Below, one piece after another: positions 1 to 9,931 of a stretch of 64,000 nucleotides of DNA. The notes below the pieces were generated by a model. That model saw only the letters and a list, made by a program, of their open reading frames with translations, was not told the origin of the DNA and ran no database searches. How positions within the stretch are numbered: the stretch's first letter is position 1; the number at the start of each line of letters is the position of its first letter. A program made the position numbers and the translations under genes. Origin of the DNA: an uncultured delta proteobacterium (GTDB lineage Bacteria; Myxococcota_A; Polyangia; Polyangiales; B10-G4); assembly GCA_963727445.1 (NCBI GenBank), contig CAVSGI010000006.1, positions 576,001 through 640,000 on the forward strand, given 5' to 3'.

Positions 1-21
1 GATGATGAGAGCTCTGCGCAT
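1..21 (-). CDS. 5' end of a gene running off the left edge (MRRALII...)
   Basis: Minus-strand ATG at 21 preceded by purine-rich GGGGAAAC; only 7 codons visible, resembling the start of a signal peptide. Confidence 0.35.
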
Positions 22-180
22 GTTTCCCCCGAATCTTCGTGACCGAAGGCGTGATGGTCGCGACTCCGGGTCGATGCGTCAAACCCGGTGTTCGATTCCG
101 ACCGCACGAGAACTGCATCGAGCACCGAAATCGACGCGCCAGACGCGAATACGGTGCGAAGCTCCCCGTCTGAGGGCGCC

Positions 181-1545
181 ATGACGCATTCGAGCGGACG
201 TTCGATCCTCCGGTCTGGCGAGACGCCAACGGCGGCCGAGCTCATCCGAGGCTGGCGGCGGCGCCTGCTGCTCTCCGCGGTCGGGGCGCTGAGCGCCTGC
301 GGCGGCGCCGGCTATTCACCCGTCATCGCGACAACCAACGCGGCAGAGGCGCCGCAGGTCCAGTCGGCCGCGTACTACGCGTTCGTCGAGCCATTGGACG
401 CCTCGGCGTCCTTCGGCGGCATGCGAGGACCAGCGATCTCTTTGGAGACCGAGGGTCGCCGTTGCGCGCACTATCTCTCGCAAGCGAGCGAGCCCATCGA
501 AGCGCTTGCCGGCGACGAGGACTGTCCCGCCGATCTCGCGAGGCTGCTTCGCGCGCACGAGCGCGACGGACGGATGGTCTTGGTCGTCGACGGGGAAGGG
601 CAGGAGAGGGACTACCGCTCGCCCGCGGACCTCGCGCCCATCGACACGCCGGCGGCCGCTCTCGCGGCGGCCTGGCTCCACGGGGGCTACGCGCTCAGCT
701 TCGAAAACGGGCAGCAGTACCTCGGCTCGCTCAGCGAGGGGCAGGTGCGGGCGGTGGACGGCGGCTTCGAGGTCACCGTCGGCGCGGAGCAGAGTGAAGG
801 CGACTGCCAAGAAACCCGCGTGCACCAGTATCGCGTGACGCTCGTCGTCGGCCGCGATGGGAGCATCGAGGAGCGAGGACGCGTCGAGACGGATGAGTAC
901 GTGGACGGCAACGCCTGCATGCCGCTCGGCAGGCGCCCCGAACACTTCGTCGATCGCGATGGCGCGCGCTCCCTCGAGAGCCTGGTCGCGCGCGCCGCCC
1001 ATCACGAAGCCGAGTCGGTTCGCGCCTTCGCGCGCTTCGCCCGCGAGCTCGAAGCCTTCGGTGCGCCGGCCGCGCTGGTGAAGGCCGCGCGCACCGCCGC
1101 GACGGACGAGGTGCGCCACGCGCGGATGTGGGGCGCGCTGGGGCGCCGCATGGGTTTCGAGATCGACGCGCGCATCGCCCAGGACCATCTCGCGGTGCGC
1201 TCGCTCGAAGAGGTCGCACGCGACAACGCCGTCGAGGGCTGCGTCTACGAGACCTTCGGTGCGGCGCTCGCGCTCTACCAGGCCCGGCACGCTCAGACCC
1301 CAGCGCTTCGCGCCCACTTCGCCTCCATCGCCTCGGACGAGCTCGATCACGCCGCGCTCTCCCGCGCCTGTGCTGATTTCTTCGAGGCGCGCCTCGACGC
1401 GCCGGCGCGGCGTCGTATGCGCGCGGCGGCCGCGCGCGCCCGTGAGGAGCTCGCGCGAAGCTTCACGCATCCGACGGCCGCCGAAGCGCTGCTCGGCTAC
1501 CCGGCGCAAGGGGACGCGCGACGTCTCTGGGCGTCCGTCGCCTGA
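181..1545 (+). CDS. Lipoprotein with C-terminal ferritin-like (diiron-carboxylate) domain
   Basis: Lipobox WRRRLLLSAVGALSAC; motifs HEAESVRAF, DEVRHA, NAVEGCVYET, DELDHA (two ExxH). ORF track starts at 88; ATG 181 preferred. Confidence 0.75.
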   Translation: MTHSSGRSILRSGETPTAAELIRGWRRRLLLSAVGALSACGGAGYSPVIATTNAAEAPQVQSAAYYAFVEPLDASASFGGMRGPAISLETEGRRCAHYLSQASEPIEALAGDEDCPADLARLLRAHERDGRMVLVVDGEGQERDYRSPADLAPIDTPAAALAAAWLHGGYALSFENGQQYLGSLSEGQVRAVDGGFEVTVGAEQSEGDCQETRVHQYRVTLVVGRDGSIEERGRVETDEYVDGNACMPLGRRPEHFVDRDGARSLESLVARAAHHEAESVRAFARFARELEAFGAPAALVKAARTAATDEVRHARMWGALGRRMGFEIDARIAQDHLAVRSLEEVARDNAVEGCVYETFGAALALYQARHAQTPALRAHFASIASDELDHAALSRACADFFEARLDAPARRRMRAAAARAREELARSFTHPTAAEALLGYPAQGDARRLWASVA

Positions 1546-1618
1546 GCGGCCGATCACGATCGACGAATCGACCACACCTCCGTGAATGCGCTGCCGGGCC
1601 CCTGCAACGGAGCCGGGC

Positions 1619-2656
1619 ATGCGTTCATGGGGTGCATGGGTGCTCGTCCTCTTCGTGGGTTGTGGGGGCGGGCGGGAGCGGGGATCCGTCGACGGGGCGA
1701 CCACGCCGCCGGGATCGGACGGCGGGACGGAGCGTCCGGACACGTCGGCGCCGGTCGACGGGAGCCTGCCGATGGCGGACGGCTCCGTGCCAGTGACCGA
1801 GGCGTGTGAGCCCACGCCGGGCAGCGAGACAATCTCCGGATACTGCCAGCAGGTGATGATCTCGGTGCTCCGGCGCGACGGTCTGCCCACCGCGCTCGAA
1901 GCGCGCGGCATCACCACCAGCGTCGGAGACGGATGCCGCGTGGTGGACAGCGTGGAGCTGCTCGACGCTGACGGAACGGTGCAGGTGCTCGCCGGCGTCA
2001 CCCCCGAAGCGCGTCCGGGCATGGAGACCTTCGTCGCGCGCGCCGACGAGACCGCGCCCGCGCTCGAAGCGCTCTGCGATGGGGACGAAGGCCGCTACGA
2101 CCCGTACGAGGTCGTCGTTCACGGACACATGGACGGCGGGAGCTTCGTCGCGCGCTGCGGCGCCGAGCTCGACGGTGGGTTTGGGTGGCCGCCGGATTCG
2201 GTCGTCACCTGTCACCGCAATCTTCCGACCGGGCCGACGTTCATGGGCGGCGCCGAGGTGCAGGTCAATTCCGCGTTTACTGCGACGCAGCTGTGGTTCA
2301 GCTATCCGAACGTGGGTGGCATCGCCATCGATTCGGTCGCCTCGGATCTTCGGGTGGTGCCCACCGCGGACCCCTTCGGGGGCGGCTTCGCCGACCCCAT
2401 CGCCTCCACCGGCTGGGACACATCCGTCAGCTTCGAAACCAGCGAGCACCGCTTCATCAGCGTGCAGATGAGCCTCCTCGAAGATCCTTTCGGCACCGAT
2501 CTCTGCCCGACGCCAGACACGAGCGGAGATCCGTCCACCGAGTTTCCGCCCGTGCTACGCGTGGCGCTCACCGGCAGCGGCGCCATGGGTGCCTTCGAGA
2601 GCGAGGCCTACGTCGACACGTGCTACCGCATCAGTCTGATGGGCGGGGCGCCCTGA
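1619..2656 (+). CDS. Hypothetical lipoprotein
   Basis: MRSWGAWVLVLFVGC lipobox, DG-rich linker, then a Cys-containing globular region; GC3-biased frame. Confidence 0.7.
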   Translation: MRSWGAWVLVLFVGCGGGRERGSVDGATTPPGSDGGTERPDTSAPVDGSLPMADGSVPVTEACEPTPGSETISGYCQQVMISVLRRDGLPTALEARGITTSVGDGCRVVDSVELLDADGTVQVLAGVTPEARPGMETFVARADETAPALEALCDGDEGRYDPYEVVVHGHMDGGSFVARCGAELDGGFGWPPDSVVTCHRNLPTGPTFMGGAEVQVNSAFTATQLWFSYPNVGGIAIDSVASDLRVVPTADPFGGGFADPIASTGWDTSVSFETSEHRFISVQMSLLEDPFGTDLCPTPDTSGDPSTEFPPVLRVALTGSGAMGAFESEAYVDTCYRISLMGGAP

Positions 2657-2683
2657 CGCTCTCGACGGCGTGCCGAGCGCTGT

Positions 2684-3169
2684 TCAAAATCCGGAGGGCG
2701 GCGCGCCGTAGGCAGCCGCGGGGGCGCCGTAGAGAGGCGCCACCGTATCGGGCGGCGGCAACGGCCGTCGGCGCCGTCTCCGGCGCATGGTGGCCGGCGG
2801 CGGGTCCTCCACTTCGGGCGCCGGATCGACGACGACCTCGCGTGGCGGATCGACCGCGGGCGGCGGTGAGGGAGGGGGCGCGGGCTGTGGCGCTTCCGCG
2901 ATCGGGCTGAGCACCGCGGGCGGGACACCATCGGGGGACGGCGCGGGCGCGGGGGCCGGGGTGGCGTCTTCACTCCCACACGCCGCAGCGGCCACCGCCG
3001 CTCCCCACGCGAGCATCGCAGCGCGTCCCATCCGCCTCTGCGGAAGGCGCGGGGCGGGCGCTGCGCGGAACGACTCGGTGGTCTGCGCTCCGCAGAAAGG
3101 ACACGCCCGCTCGGTGGCGCGAATGTGTCGCGCGCATCGTGCGCAGGGCATCAAGTGCGTATTCGACAT
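2684..3169 (-). CDS. Zinc-ribbon / Pro-rich protein with tandem C-terminal YGAP motifs
   Basis: PCARCARH...CPFC, internal hydrophobic stretch ending AAAAC, Pro-rich linker, Arg7 run, LYGAPAAAYGAPP. Confidence 0.75.
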   Translation of the reverse strand: MSNTHLMPCARCARHIRATERACPFCGAQTTESFRAAPAPRLPQRRMGRAAMLAWGAAVAAAACGSEDATPAPAPAPSPDGVPPAVLSPIAEAPQPAPPPSPPPAVDPPREVVVDPAPEVEDPPPATMRRRRRRRPLPPPDTVAPLYGAPAAAYGAPPSGF

Positions 3170-3219
3170 GTGGATCTTCGACGTGCGGAAACGCCGAAAA
3201 GTCTACGCGAAGCGGCGCC

Positions 3220-5589
3220 TCAAGTGCAGACCCCTCCGTCGCAGAAGCTGCCGCCGCAGCACTCGCGTCCGGATTGACAGGATTCGCCCCGCGCGCGGCA
3301 GAGGCACTGTCCGCCCAGGCAGAGCATCTCGCCGCAACACTCGCTGTCGTCCGCGCAGTTGTCGGTGTCGCTCTTGCAGCACGTGTTCTCGCCGCCGCCT
3401 GCGGCCAGGCTGCAGACGAGCGTGCCGCAGCACGCGCCAGCCACCGTGGGGTCGCAGCCGATGCCCACCGTGGCGGCGCCGCCGCAATCGACGCAGTCGT
3501 TGTTGACGCAGCTCAGGCCGTCGCAGCAGTCGGCTTCGCTCTCGCACATCGCGTAGGCTTCGCCGCAGGCGCCGGGGCACTCGGACTCGGCGTGGGCGAT
3601 CGCGGGATCGGTCGACATCATCGCGTCGCCGCAGGTCCCGGTGTCCGTGTTCCACTCGCACATCTCGGAGCCGTTGCGCGTGCACTCGCGGCAGCTCACG
3701 GCCTCGCCGCAGCCCGCCTCCGTGTTGTCGCAGGCGATGCCGAACCAGTCCCAGTCCTCGCCGCAGGTGCTGCCGAGGCCGTCCGCGTCGGTGGGCCCCC
3801 AGAAGCCGCCGGGCATGCACTGATCCGAACCGTCGCACCACCCGCAGCCCTCGTGGTCCAGGCACTCGCCGCAGTTGGTGATGCGCGAGCACTCGTCCGG
3901 CCGGCAGGAGAGCTCGGTCCCACGATACGAGCCGCAGCTGACGTTGTCTGCGTCTTCTTCGCCGCCGAGCACACAGCTCCCGGCGGTCGAAGCGGGCTCG
4001 ACCGTGCCCCCCGAGGGGCTGGGACACCATCCGCATCCCTCGAGCGCCGCGCAGCTCCCGCAGTCGGTGCCCATCCGGCAGTCGCTGCATTGATTCGGTG
4101 CGTTGCGGACGTCACCGCAGGACCGCGTTCGGAGCGCCGGCGAGAAGCACGCGCTCGCGTAACCTCCACACCAGTCGCAGCCCTCCGCCGCGACACAATC
4201 GCCGCACTCGGTGTGGACCGCGCAGGGGTCCTCGGTCGTGGGGCAGGTGTCGGCGTCCATGGTGGTGGCGCACGCGCTCGACGCCGCCTGGCATCCCGTT
4301 CCTTCGCACCAGCCGCAGCCCGACAGCGCCGCGCAAGTCGCACAGTCGCTCACGGCATCACAGCGCTCCGCGGCGCTGAGGGTGCCGCTCGTGCCATCAC
4401 TGCCCATGTCGCCGGTCCCCGCGTCGGCGTCCGCGTCACTCGTCGCGTCCATACCCTCGCACGCGTTGCCGGGTAGGGTGGTGTCGAGGTCGTCGAGGGC
4501 GCCGCCGTCGTACGCGTAGCGAGTGAGGAACGCGTACTCCATCGTGCCGTAGCCGCCGTCCCCCCAGGTCTTGCCCCACGAGTTGAGGAACTGAAAGCGC
4601 TGCGTGGCGTCGTCGTAGCCGGTGAGGAGGACGGAGTGGTAACCATCCAGGCACATCCCATCCATGCAGCTCGTTTCGTGGCAGCTGCAGGGCTCCTCCG
4701 TGGGGGGAGCGCCTACGTTCGGGTGATCGTATTCCCAGTCCTGTCGCGTGCTCCCGGCGTCGTAGTTCGCGATGAAGACAGGCACCGAGATCAAGATTTC
4801 GCGTCCGGAAGCCAACTCGCCCTTCACCGCATCCAGATCGTGGAGGTCGACGGTGTGGTAGCCGGTCGGGCGATAGGCGGCCATGGCCAACACGTCATCG
4901 GAGGGGCGGTCGTTGTTCATCCCGCGTCCGTTGGGGACGTAGGGCCAGGTGGCGTTGTCGACGATCGGAGCGCTCACCAGCGTCTGAAGCGCGGTCATCG
5001 TGTTCCAACCATAGGCGCAGCTTCCGAAGGCATCGCCGCCACGGGAGTTCGAGCGCAAATGCGGCTCCGAGAGCTCGACGCCGTCGCAGCCCTTGCTGCA
5101 GATGAGCCCTTCGAGCATCGCGGTCGACGCGTGCACGACGCACCACGCGCACGCCCGCTGGCTGCTGACGGTGACGCAACCATCGAGATACTCCGCGCGA
5201 TGGTCCACGCGCGCCGGCAGGTCCTCGGGGACGTCACGAAGCGCTGCGCTCGATCCGCCCACGTCGTCGCCGCCGCCCACGAGCTCGTCTTCCGGTCCGA
5301 GGCGGCCCAGCGTCCCGTTCTGCGGCGTCGACATCACGCAGACCTGCCGGTCGTCTCCCCAGGGGAAGAAGGGGATGCACTCGCCTTCGATCCGGTGCTC
5401 GAGCTCCGAGCCGGGCGCGACCACGAGGTCGGGGGGCAGGCGCTGATCGCCGGGGTTGACTCGGTGAGCGCTCGCAGAGGCCGTGGCGCCGTCGGGCGCC
5501 GTCAGGTCTTCGCCGTCCGGAACGCAGCCGGTGGGGACGAGGAAAGAGAGGAGGAGCAGAGAGAGGAGGGGTGCTCGAAAAACCGCCAT
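3220..5589 (-). CDS. Papain-like (C1) cysteine peptidase lipoprotein with Cys-rich repeats
   Basis: Lipobox LVPTGC; catalytic motifs SQRACAWC, GYHSVLLTGYD, FLNSWGKTWGDGGY; C-terminal PSI-like and knottin-like repeats. Confidence 0.85.
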   Translation of the reverse strand: MAVFRAPLLSLLLLSFLVPTGCVPDGEDLTAPDGATASASAHRVNPGDQRLPPDLVVAPGSELEHRIEGECIPFFPWGDDRQVCVMSTPQNGTLGRLGPEDELVGGGDDVGGSSAALRDVPEDLPARVDHRAEYLDGCVTVSSQRACAWCVVHASTAMLEGLICSKGCDGVELSEPHLRSNSRGGDAFGSCAYGWNTMTALQTLVSAPIVDNATWPYVPNGRGMNNDRPSDDVLAMAAYRPTGYHTVDLHDLDAVKGELASGREILISVPVFIANYDAGSTRQDWEYDHPNVGAPPTEEPCSCHETSCMDGMCLDGYHSVLLTGYDDATQRFQFLNSWGKTWGDGGYGTMEYAFLTRYAYDGGALDDLDTTLPGNACEGMDATSDADADAGTGDMGSDGTSGTLSAAERCDAVSDCATCAALSGCGWCEGTGCQAASSACATTMDADTCPTTEDPCAVHTECGDCVAAEGCDWCGGYASACFSPALRTRSCGDVRNAPNQCSDCRMGTDCGSCAALEGCGWCPSPSGGTVEPASTAGSCVLGGEEDADNVSCGSYRGTELSCRPDECSRITNCGECLDHEGCGWCDGSDQCMPGGFWGPTDADGLGSTCGEDWDWFGIACDNTEAGCGEAVSCRECTRNGSEMCEWNTDTGTCGDAMMSTDPAIAHAESECPGACGEAYAMCESEADCCDGLSCVNNDCVDCGGAATVGIGCDPTVAGACCGTLVCSLAAGGGENTCCKSDTDNCADDSECCGEMLCLGGQCLCRARGESCQSGRECCGGSFCDGGVCT

Positions 5590-5737
5590 TGCCGCACATC
5601 AGCGCAAGGCTCGTTCCACCTGTTTCACTCGTGATTTCATCGGCCGCAAAGGCGCGCTTTCGACAGATGAGCAGCTCTTGCGCGCAACGATGTGTGGAAG
5701 GCGCGTGGTAGCCTCCCGCGGTCACCGAGGAGAAACC

Positions 5738-6598
5738 ATGCGTCTGCCGCTCATCGTCATCATCACGTCGTTGTTCACGGTCGCATGTGGAGGCAGCCAG
5801 TCGGCGGGCTCCCAGAGCGAGGGATCCTCGACCGCGGGCGCTACCTCCGGGTCGGAGGGCGGGGGCGACACGGGGGACGAAAACGAGTTCCAGATCAGCG
5901 ACTCGGATACCGCTGGGCAGGCGCACGGCGATCATCCCTCGGAGATCGAGGCCACCGAGACCGAAGCCGCGATGCGGCTCTTCGTCGTCAACCCGGACAC
6001 GGGGCCCATCGAGGGCATCGTGATCAAGATGACCGCACCCGACGGCACGGCCTACTTCACCGGGGAGACCGATTCCGTGGGCTACGCAGAGGTGCTCGTG
6101 CCCGCGGGGCAACGCTACGACATCGAGTACCTGAGCCTCGGGCGGCGCAACACCACCGCGAGCGTCGACGTGCCCGAGGGGCCGCGCCAGGACATCCGTC
6201 TGACGATGCGCTACCGCCGCATCCGCCCGGAGCGGCCGCAGCCGCAGCAGCCCGAGGCAGAGGAGCACTTCGTCCTCGACGGTGTGCTCTTCGACAGCAA
6301 TCGGGCGACCCTGCAGGAGGAGTCCTTTCCCCGTCTCGACCGAGTCGTCGAGTACATGACACACCGGCCGGCCAGCCGGATTCGTATCGCGGGTCATACC
6401 GACAACGTCGGCAACGCGCGCCGCAACCAGCGCCTCTCCGAGCAGCGCGCCGAGGCCGTGCGCGCCTACCTCGTCGCACATGGGATCGACGAGAGCCGCA
6501 TCGAAGCGGTCGGTTTCGGCGACCAACAACCCGTCGCGTCGAACGATACGGAAGAAGGCCGCGCGCAAAATCGACGGATCGAAGCCATCGAGCTGTAG
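5738..6598 (+). CDS. OmpA-family (peptidoglycan-binding) lipoprotein
   Basis: GAGGAG RBS before ATG 5738; lipobox FTVAC; OmpA-C motifs GVLFDSN, IAGHTDNVG, NQRLSEQRAEAV, GRAQNRRIE. Confidence 0.9.
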   Translation: MRLPLIVIITSLFTVACGGSQSAGSQSEGSSTAGATSGSEGGGDTGDENEFQISDSDTAGQAHGDHPSEIEATETEAAMRLFVVNPDTGPIEGIVIKMTAPDGTAYFTGETDSVGYAEVLVPAGQRYDIEYLSLGRRNTTASVDVPEGPRQDIRLTMRYRRIRPERPQPQQPEAEEHFVLDGVLFDSNRATLQEESFPRLDRVVEYMTHRPASRIRIAGHTDNVGNARRNQRLSEQRAEAVRAYLVAHGIDESRIEAVGFGDQQPVASNDTEEGRAQNRRIEAIEL

Positions 6599-6710
6599 AC
6601 CACTGGCGCACCTACCGAGCGCGCCTAGAGGGTACGGAGCACCTGGTCTCCCTTCAGGAATAGTGTCCCTGGTTGGGAGGTTGGGGGTTGGTGAAGCGGG
6701 AGGTCTTGGC

Positions 6711-7373
6711 ATGAAGAAGCCGCTCGAACAGGGCATCCTCAAGTACCTCGCGGGCGTTGCGCTGGCGTTCACAGCAGGCAGTGTCGATCCCGCGCCAGAG
6801 CTGCTGAGAGTGCCGGCGTCGCTGGTGGGCGACATCGTCGAGGAAGTCGAGGAGGCCGACTGGCAGCCAGAGGCACGCCAGCGGATGCTGCAGTTGCTCA
6901 CCCACGATCCGCGACCGATGGTGCGCGTTCGGGTGAGTGAAGCGGTTTCTGCGATCTGGACGGAAGCGCCCAACGACGCCTCCGAGATGCTGCGCAACCT
7001 CGCCAACGACGAGTCGGGCCTGGTGCGCGCGGCGGCCGCCGCCACCCTCGCCGACATCCTGGCCCGGGCATCGCTGCTCGATCGTGTGGCGCTCGTCGCC
7101 GAGTGGACGATCTCGGAAGAGGCGACCGAGCGGCGCACCCTGGCGCGCGCCCTCTGCGCGCCCACCCCCGTGCTCATCGGCGATCTCGCGATCGATCAGC
7201 TCGCGCGAGACAGCGAGCCCACCGTGCGCCGCTGGGCGATGCTCGCCGCCACCCGCCATTTTCGGGACAACCCCGCCCTCTACGCCACGGTCGCCCGCGG
7301 CCGTCTCGCCGACCCGGATCTCGAGGTCCGGTCCGCGGCGCAGCGCCTCCTCGCTGCGGTACGAGAGGCGTGA
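6711..7373 (+). CDS. HEAT-repeat protein
   Basis: GGGAGG RBS; repeated DPRPMVR, DESGLVRAAAA, DSEPTVR, DPDLEVRSAA motifs. Confidence 0.75.
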   Translation: MKKPLEQGILKYLAGVALAFTAGSVDPAPELLRVPASLVGDIVEEVEEADWQPEARQRMLQLLTHDPRPMVRVRVSEAVSAIWTEAPNDASEMLRNLANDESGLVRAAAAATLADILARASLLDRVALVAEWTISEEATERRTLARALCAPTPVLIGDLAIDQLARDSEPTVRRWAMLAATRHFRDNPALYATVARGRLADPDLEVRSAAQRLLAAVREA

Positions 7374-7424
7374 TCGCGTTGGGAGCCACGTCGCTCCCCA
7401 GGCTCGGCGAGGGCGCGCGGGCTC

Positions 7425-7441
7425 GTTAATCTCCCGTTAGG
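7425..7441 (+). promoter_or_regulatory. Possible OmpR-family (PmrA/QseB-like) tandem box upstream of the efflux operon
   Basis: GTTAAT-N5-GTTAGG direct repeat with 11-bp period, AT-rich in a GC-rich intergenic gap. Confidence 0.35.
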
Positions 7442-7466
7442 CCGGCGGTGGCATGGTCTGTCTCGC

Positions 7467-8882
7467 ATGCGGAGCGCCGGACACGCGGGCTGGTGCTGTG
7501 GGCCCAGCCGCTCGAAATCGATGGGAGCCATCTTGATGGCGACTCAGCTACTGGCGTGCGTGTCGGGGAGAGGTCCGCTTCCCACCGGCGGCGCCCTGAC
7601 CCGCGAGCTGAGGCGGGCCCCCACCCACTCCCATGTCGAGGCGGCCACCGCGCCCGCCGCCGCTCGCCTGCCCTCGGTGGTGATCGACCCACGCGATGGG
7701 CTCGCGCCGGACGAAGCGGCGCTGATCGCCGTCGCGGTGAACCCCGCCCTCGCCGCCATCCGGGATCAGCACGCCATCGGCCGGGCGACGGTCGTCACCG
7801 CCGGCATCCTGCCGAATCCCCAGGTCGTCGGGAGCGTCTCCGTCCCGACCGACGGCCCGACGGCGAACACGGTCGTCGGATACGGCGTCAACCTGAGCTG
7901 GAATCTCACGCCAATCCTCTCGCGAGGAGCCGCGGTCGAGGCGGCACAGCTCGGGCTCGAATCGATCGATCTGAACATCGCCTGGCAGGAGTGGCAGGTC
8001 GCCCAGTCGGCTCGACTCGCGGCGGGTCGCCTCGTCTTCCTCGACCGGCGCGCGGCGATCGCCGAGCGGAGCGTCACGGCGTTTCAGGCGCGCGTGGCTA
8101 CGGTCCAGCAGGCCCTCGATGAAGGCAACGCCACGATCCTCACCGTCTCCGCGGCGCAATCGGCTTTGCAATCGGCCACCCTGAGCCACCTGCGCATCGT
8201 TCAGGCGCGACGCATCGCGCGGCTCGACCTCCTGAACGCGCTCGGCGTTCCACCCACGACAGAGCTCGATGTGGACTCGAACGCGACCTTGCCGAGCTGG
8301 GAGCACGTGGATTCGCTCGAGTCCATCATGGAGTCGCTCCCCGATCAGCGACTCGACCTCCGTGCGCTACGCCGCGGGTACGAGAGCCAGAGCGTGCAGA
8401 TCCGAACGCAGGTGCTGCGCGCATTCCCGCAGTTGGTGGTGCAGGTCGGTCGTGCGTCGGATACCTCCGCCCTGGGCACGGTGGGGGTGTCCGTCAGCCT
8501 CGGGCTTCCCTTCTTCAACCGGAATCAGGGCGCGGTTCAGACCGCCGAGGCGACGCAGGCGCAGCTCTACGATCAGTATCTCTCTCGCGTGCAGAGCGCG
8601 CGCAACGCGGTCGCCCAGGCGCTCGCCAACATGCGCTCGGTCCGCGAGCAGATCGCGGTGGCTCAGGAAGCGGTGAGGATCCTCGGGAATCTGGTTCCGC
8701 TGGCCGAGCAACAAGCAGGGCAGGGCAACGTCAGCCTGATCGACCTCTACGACCTGCGGGTCCGCTACCTCACCACGCAGCTCACCTTGCAGGTGCTGCT
8801 TCAATCCCAGTTCGAGCTCGGAGTCGCCCTCGATGTCGCGGCCGGGCGAATCCTCGCCGACACCCAGAGGGGGAGCGGATGA
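7467..8882 (+). CDS. TolC-family outer membrane efflux lipoprotein
   Basis: AGILPNPQ and LGLPFFNRNQG motifs, coiled-coil character, first gene of a tripartite operon; start may be 7521 (MGAILMATQLLAC). Confidence 0.85.
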   Translation: MRSAGHAGWCCGPSRSKSMGAILMATQLLACVSGRGPLPTGGALTRELRRAPTHSHVEAATAPAAARLPSVVIDPRDGLAPDEAALIAVAVNPALAAIRDQHAIGRATVVTAGILPNPQVVGSVSVPTDGPTANTVVGYGVNLSWNLTPILSRGAAVEAAQLGLESIDLNIAWQEWQVAQSARLAAGRLVFLDRRAAIAERSVTAFQARVATVQQALDEGNATILTVSAAQSALQSATLSHLRIVQARRIARLDLLNALGVPPTTELDVDSNATLPSWEHVDSLESIMESLPDQRLDLRALRRGYESQSVQIRTQVLRAFPQLVVQVGRASDTSALGTVGVSVSLGLPFFNRNQGAVQTAEATQAQLYDQYLSRVQSARNAVAQALANMRSVREQIAVAQEAVRILGNLVPLAEQQAGQGNVSLIDLYDLRVRYLTTQLTLQVLLQSQFELGVALDVAAGRILADTQRGSG

Positions 8883-9931
8883 AGACCGAGATCGTGACTC
8901 TGGCGTTTGGCGTCGTCCTCCTCTGCGCGTGCTCCTCGTCCCCTCCCGATCAGAGCGCCGGCGGCGGTACGCCGACCGCGACGGTGCAGGTCATGACGCT
9001 GGCCCTCGATACGCTCACTGAAGAGATCACCGTCTACGGCCGGATCACCTCGGGGCCCGCGGGCCGCCAGACGCTCTCGGTGCCGTACGAGTCCCGCGTC
9101 GCGCAGATCCTGGTCAGGCCCGGGCAGGAGATCGCCGCGGGTACCCCGGTGATGGAGGTGGATCCGAGCCCAGACACCCAGCTGACGGTGCAGCAGGCGA
9201 GGGCGACCGTGGAGTCGACGCACGAGACACTCGATGCGGTCCGCCAGCAGTTCCACCTTCAACTCGCCACCAATCAGCAGTTCGAGGCGGCCGAGCAAGC
9301 GGCGCGCACCGCCGAGCTGCAGCTCGCGAGCTTGTCGCGCCGCGGGTCGACGCGAACGCGGCAGCTCGTCGCGTCTGGGCCGGCGGTGGTGGCCAGCGTC
9401 CGGGTGAGCGAGGGGTCGATCGCCGCTCCGGGCTCGCCGCTCATCGAGCTCGACCTGCGCCAACATCGCGAGGCGGTGTTCGGGATGGAGGTGGAGGACG
9501 TCCATCGCGTATCGCCCGGCATCGAGGTCACCGTCGCGGACCTCGCGCTGCCGCCGCTGGTCACGACCGAGGGCGAGGTCCGTGCCACCGCGGACGTGGT
9601 CAATCCGGAGACGCACCTGGTCGACCTCTTCGCGACCCTGCCGGCCGCGGTGCCGCTGATCCTGGGTCAGCCGGTCACCGGCACCCTCGAGATCACCAGC
9701 GCCCCCGCGCTCATCGTCCCCCGGTCCGCGCTCCTTCCCGTCGAGGATCACCTCGTCGTCTTCACCGTCGTGGACAATCACGCGGTCGCGCACACGGTGC
9801 AGACGGGTGTCGAGACGGACGCGGAGGTCGAGCTCGTCTCGAGTGACCTGAACGAGGGAGACGATGTCGTCATCTCTGGGGTCTCGGTGCTCGAGGACGG
9901 CATGGCGGTGCGGGTGGAGCAGAGCTCGTGA
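8879..9931 (+). CDS. RND efflux periplasmic adaptor (MFP)
   Basis: Lipobox LLCAC; lipoyl-like ILVRPGQEIAAG; LIVPRSAL; LNEGDDVV; ATGA overlap with the TolC gene. Confidence 0.88.
   Translation: MKTEIVTLAFGVVLLCACSSSPPDQSAGGGTPTATVQVMTLALDTLTEEITVYGRITSGPAGRQTLSVPYESRVAQILVRPGQEIAAGTPVMEVDPSPDTQLTVQQARATVESTHETLDAVRQQFHLQLATNQQFEAAEQAARTAELQLASLSRRGSTRTRQLVASGPAVVASVRVSEGSIAAPGSPLIELDLRQHREAVFGMEVEDVHRVSPGIEVTVADLALPPLVTTEGEVRATADVVNPETHLVDLFATLPAAVPLILGQPVTGTLEITSAPALIVPRSALLPVEDHLVVFTVVDNHAVAHTVQTGVETDAEVELVSSDLNEGDDVVISGVSVLEDGMAVRVEQSS

Noticed and set aside
7381..7398. GGGAGC-cacgtc-GCTCCC hairpin as a terminator
   Set aside because: Only a 6-bp stem with no U-tract, expected by chance at this GC content.
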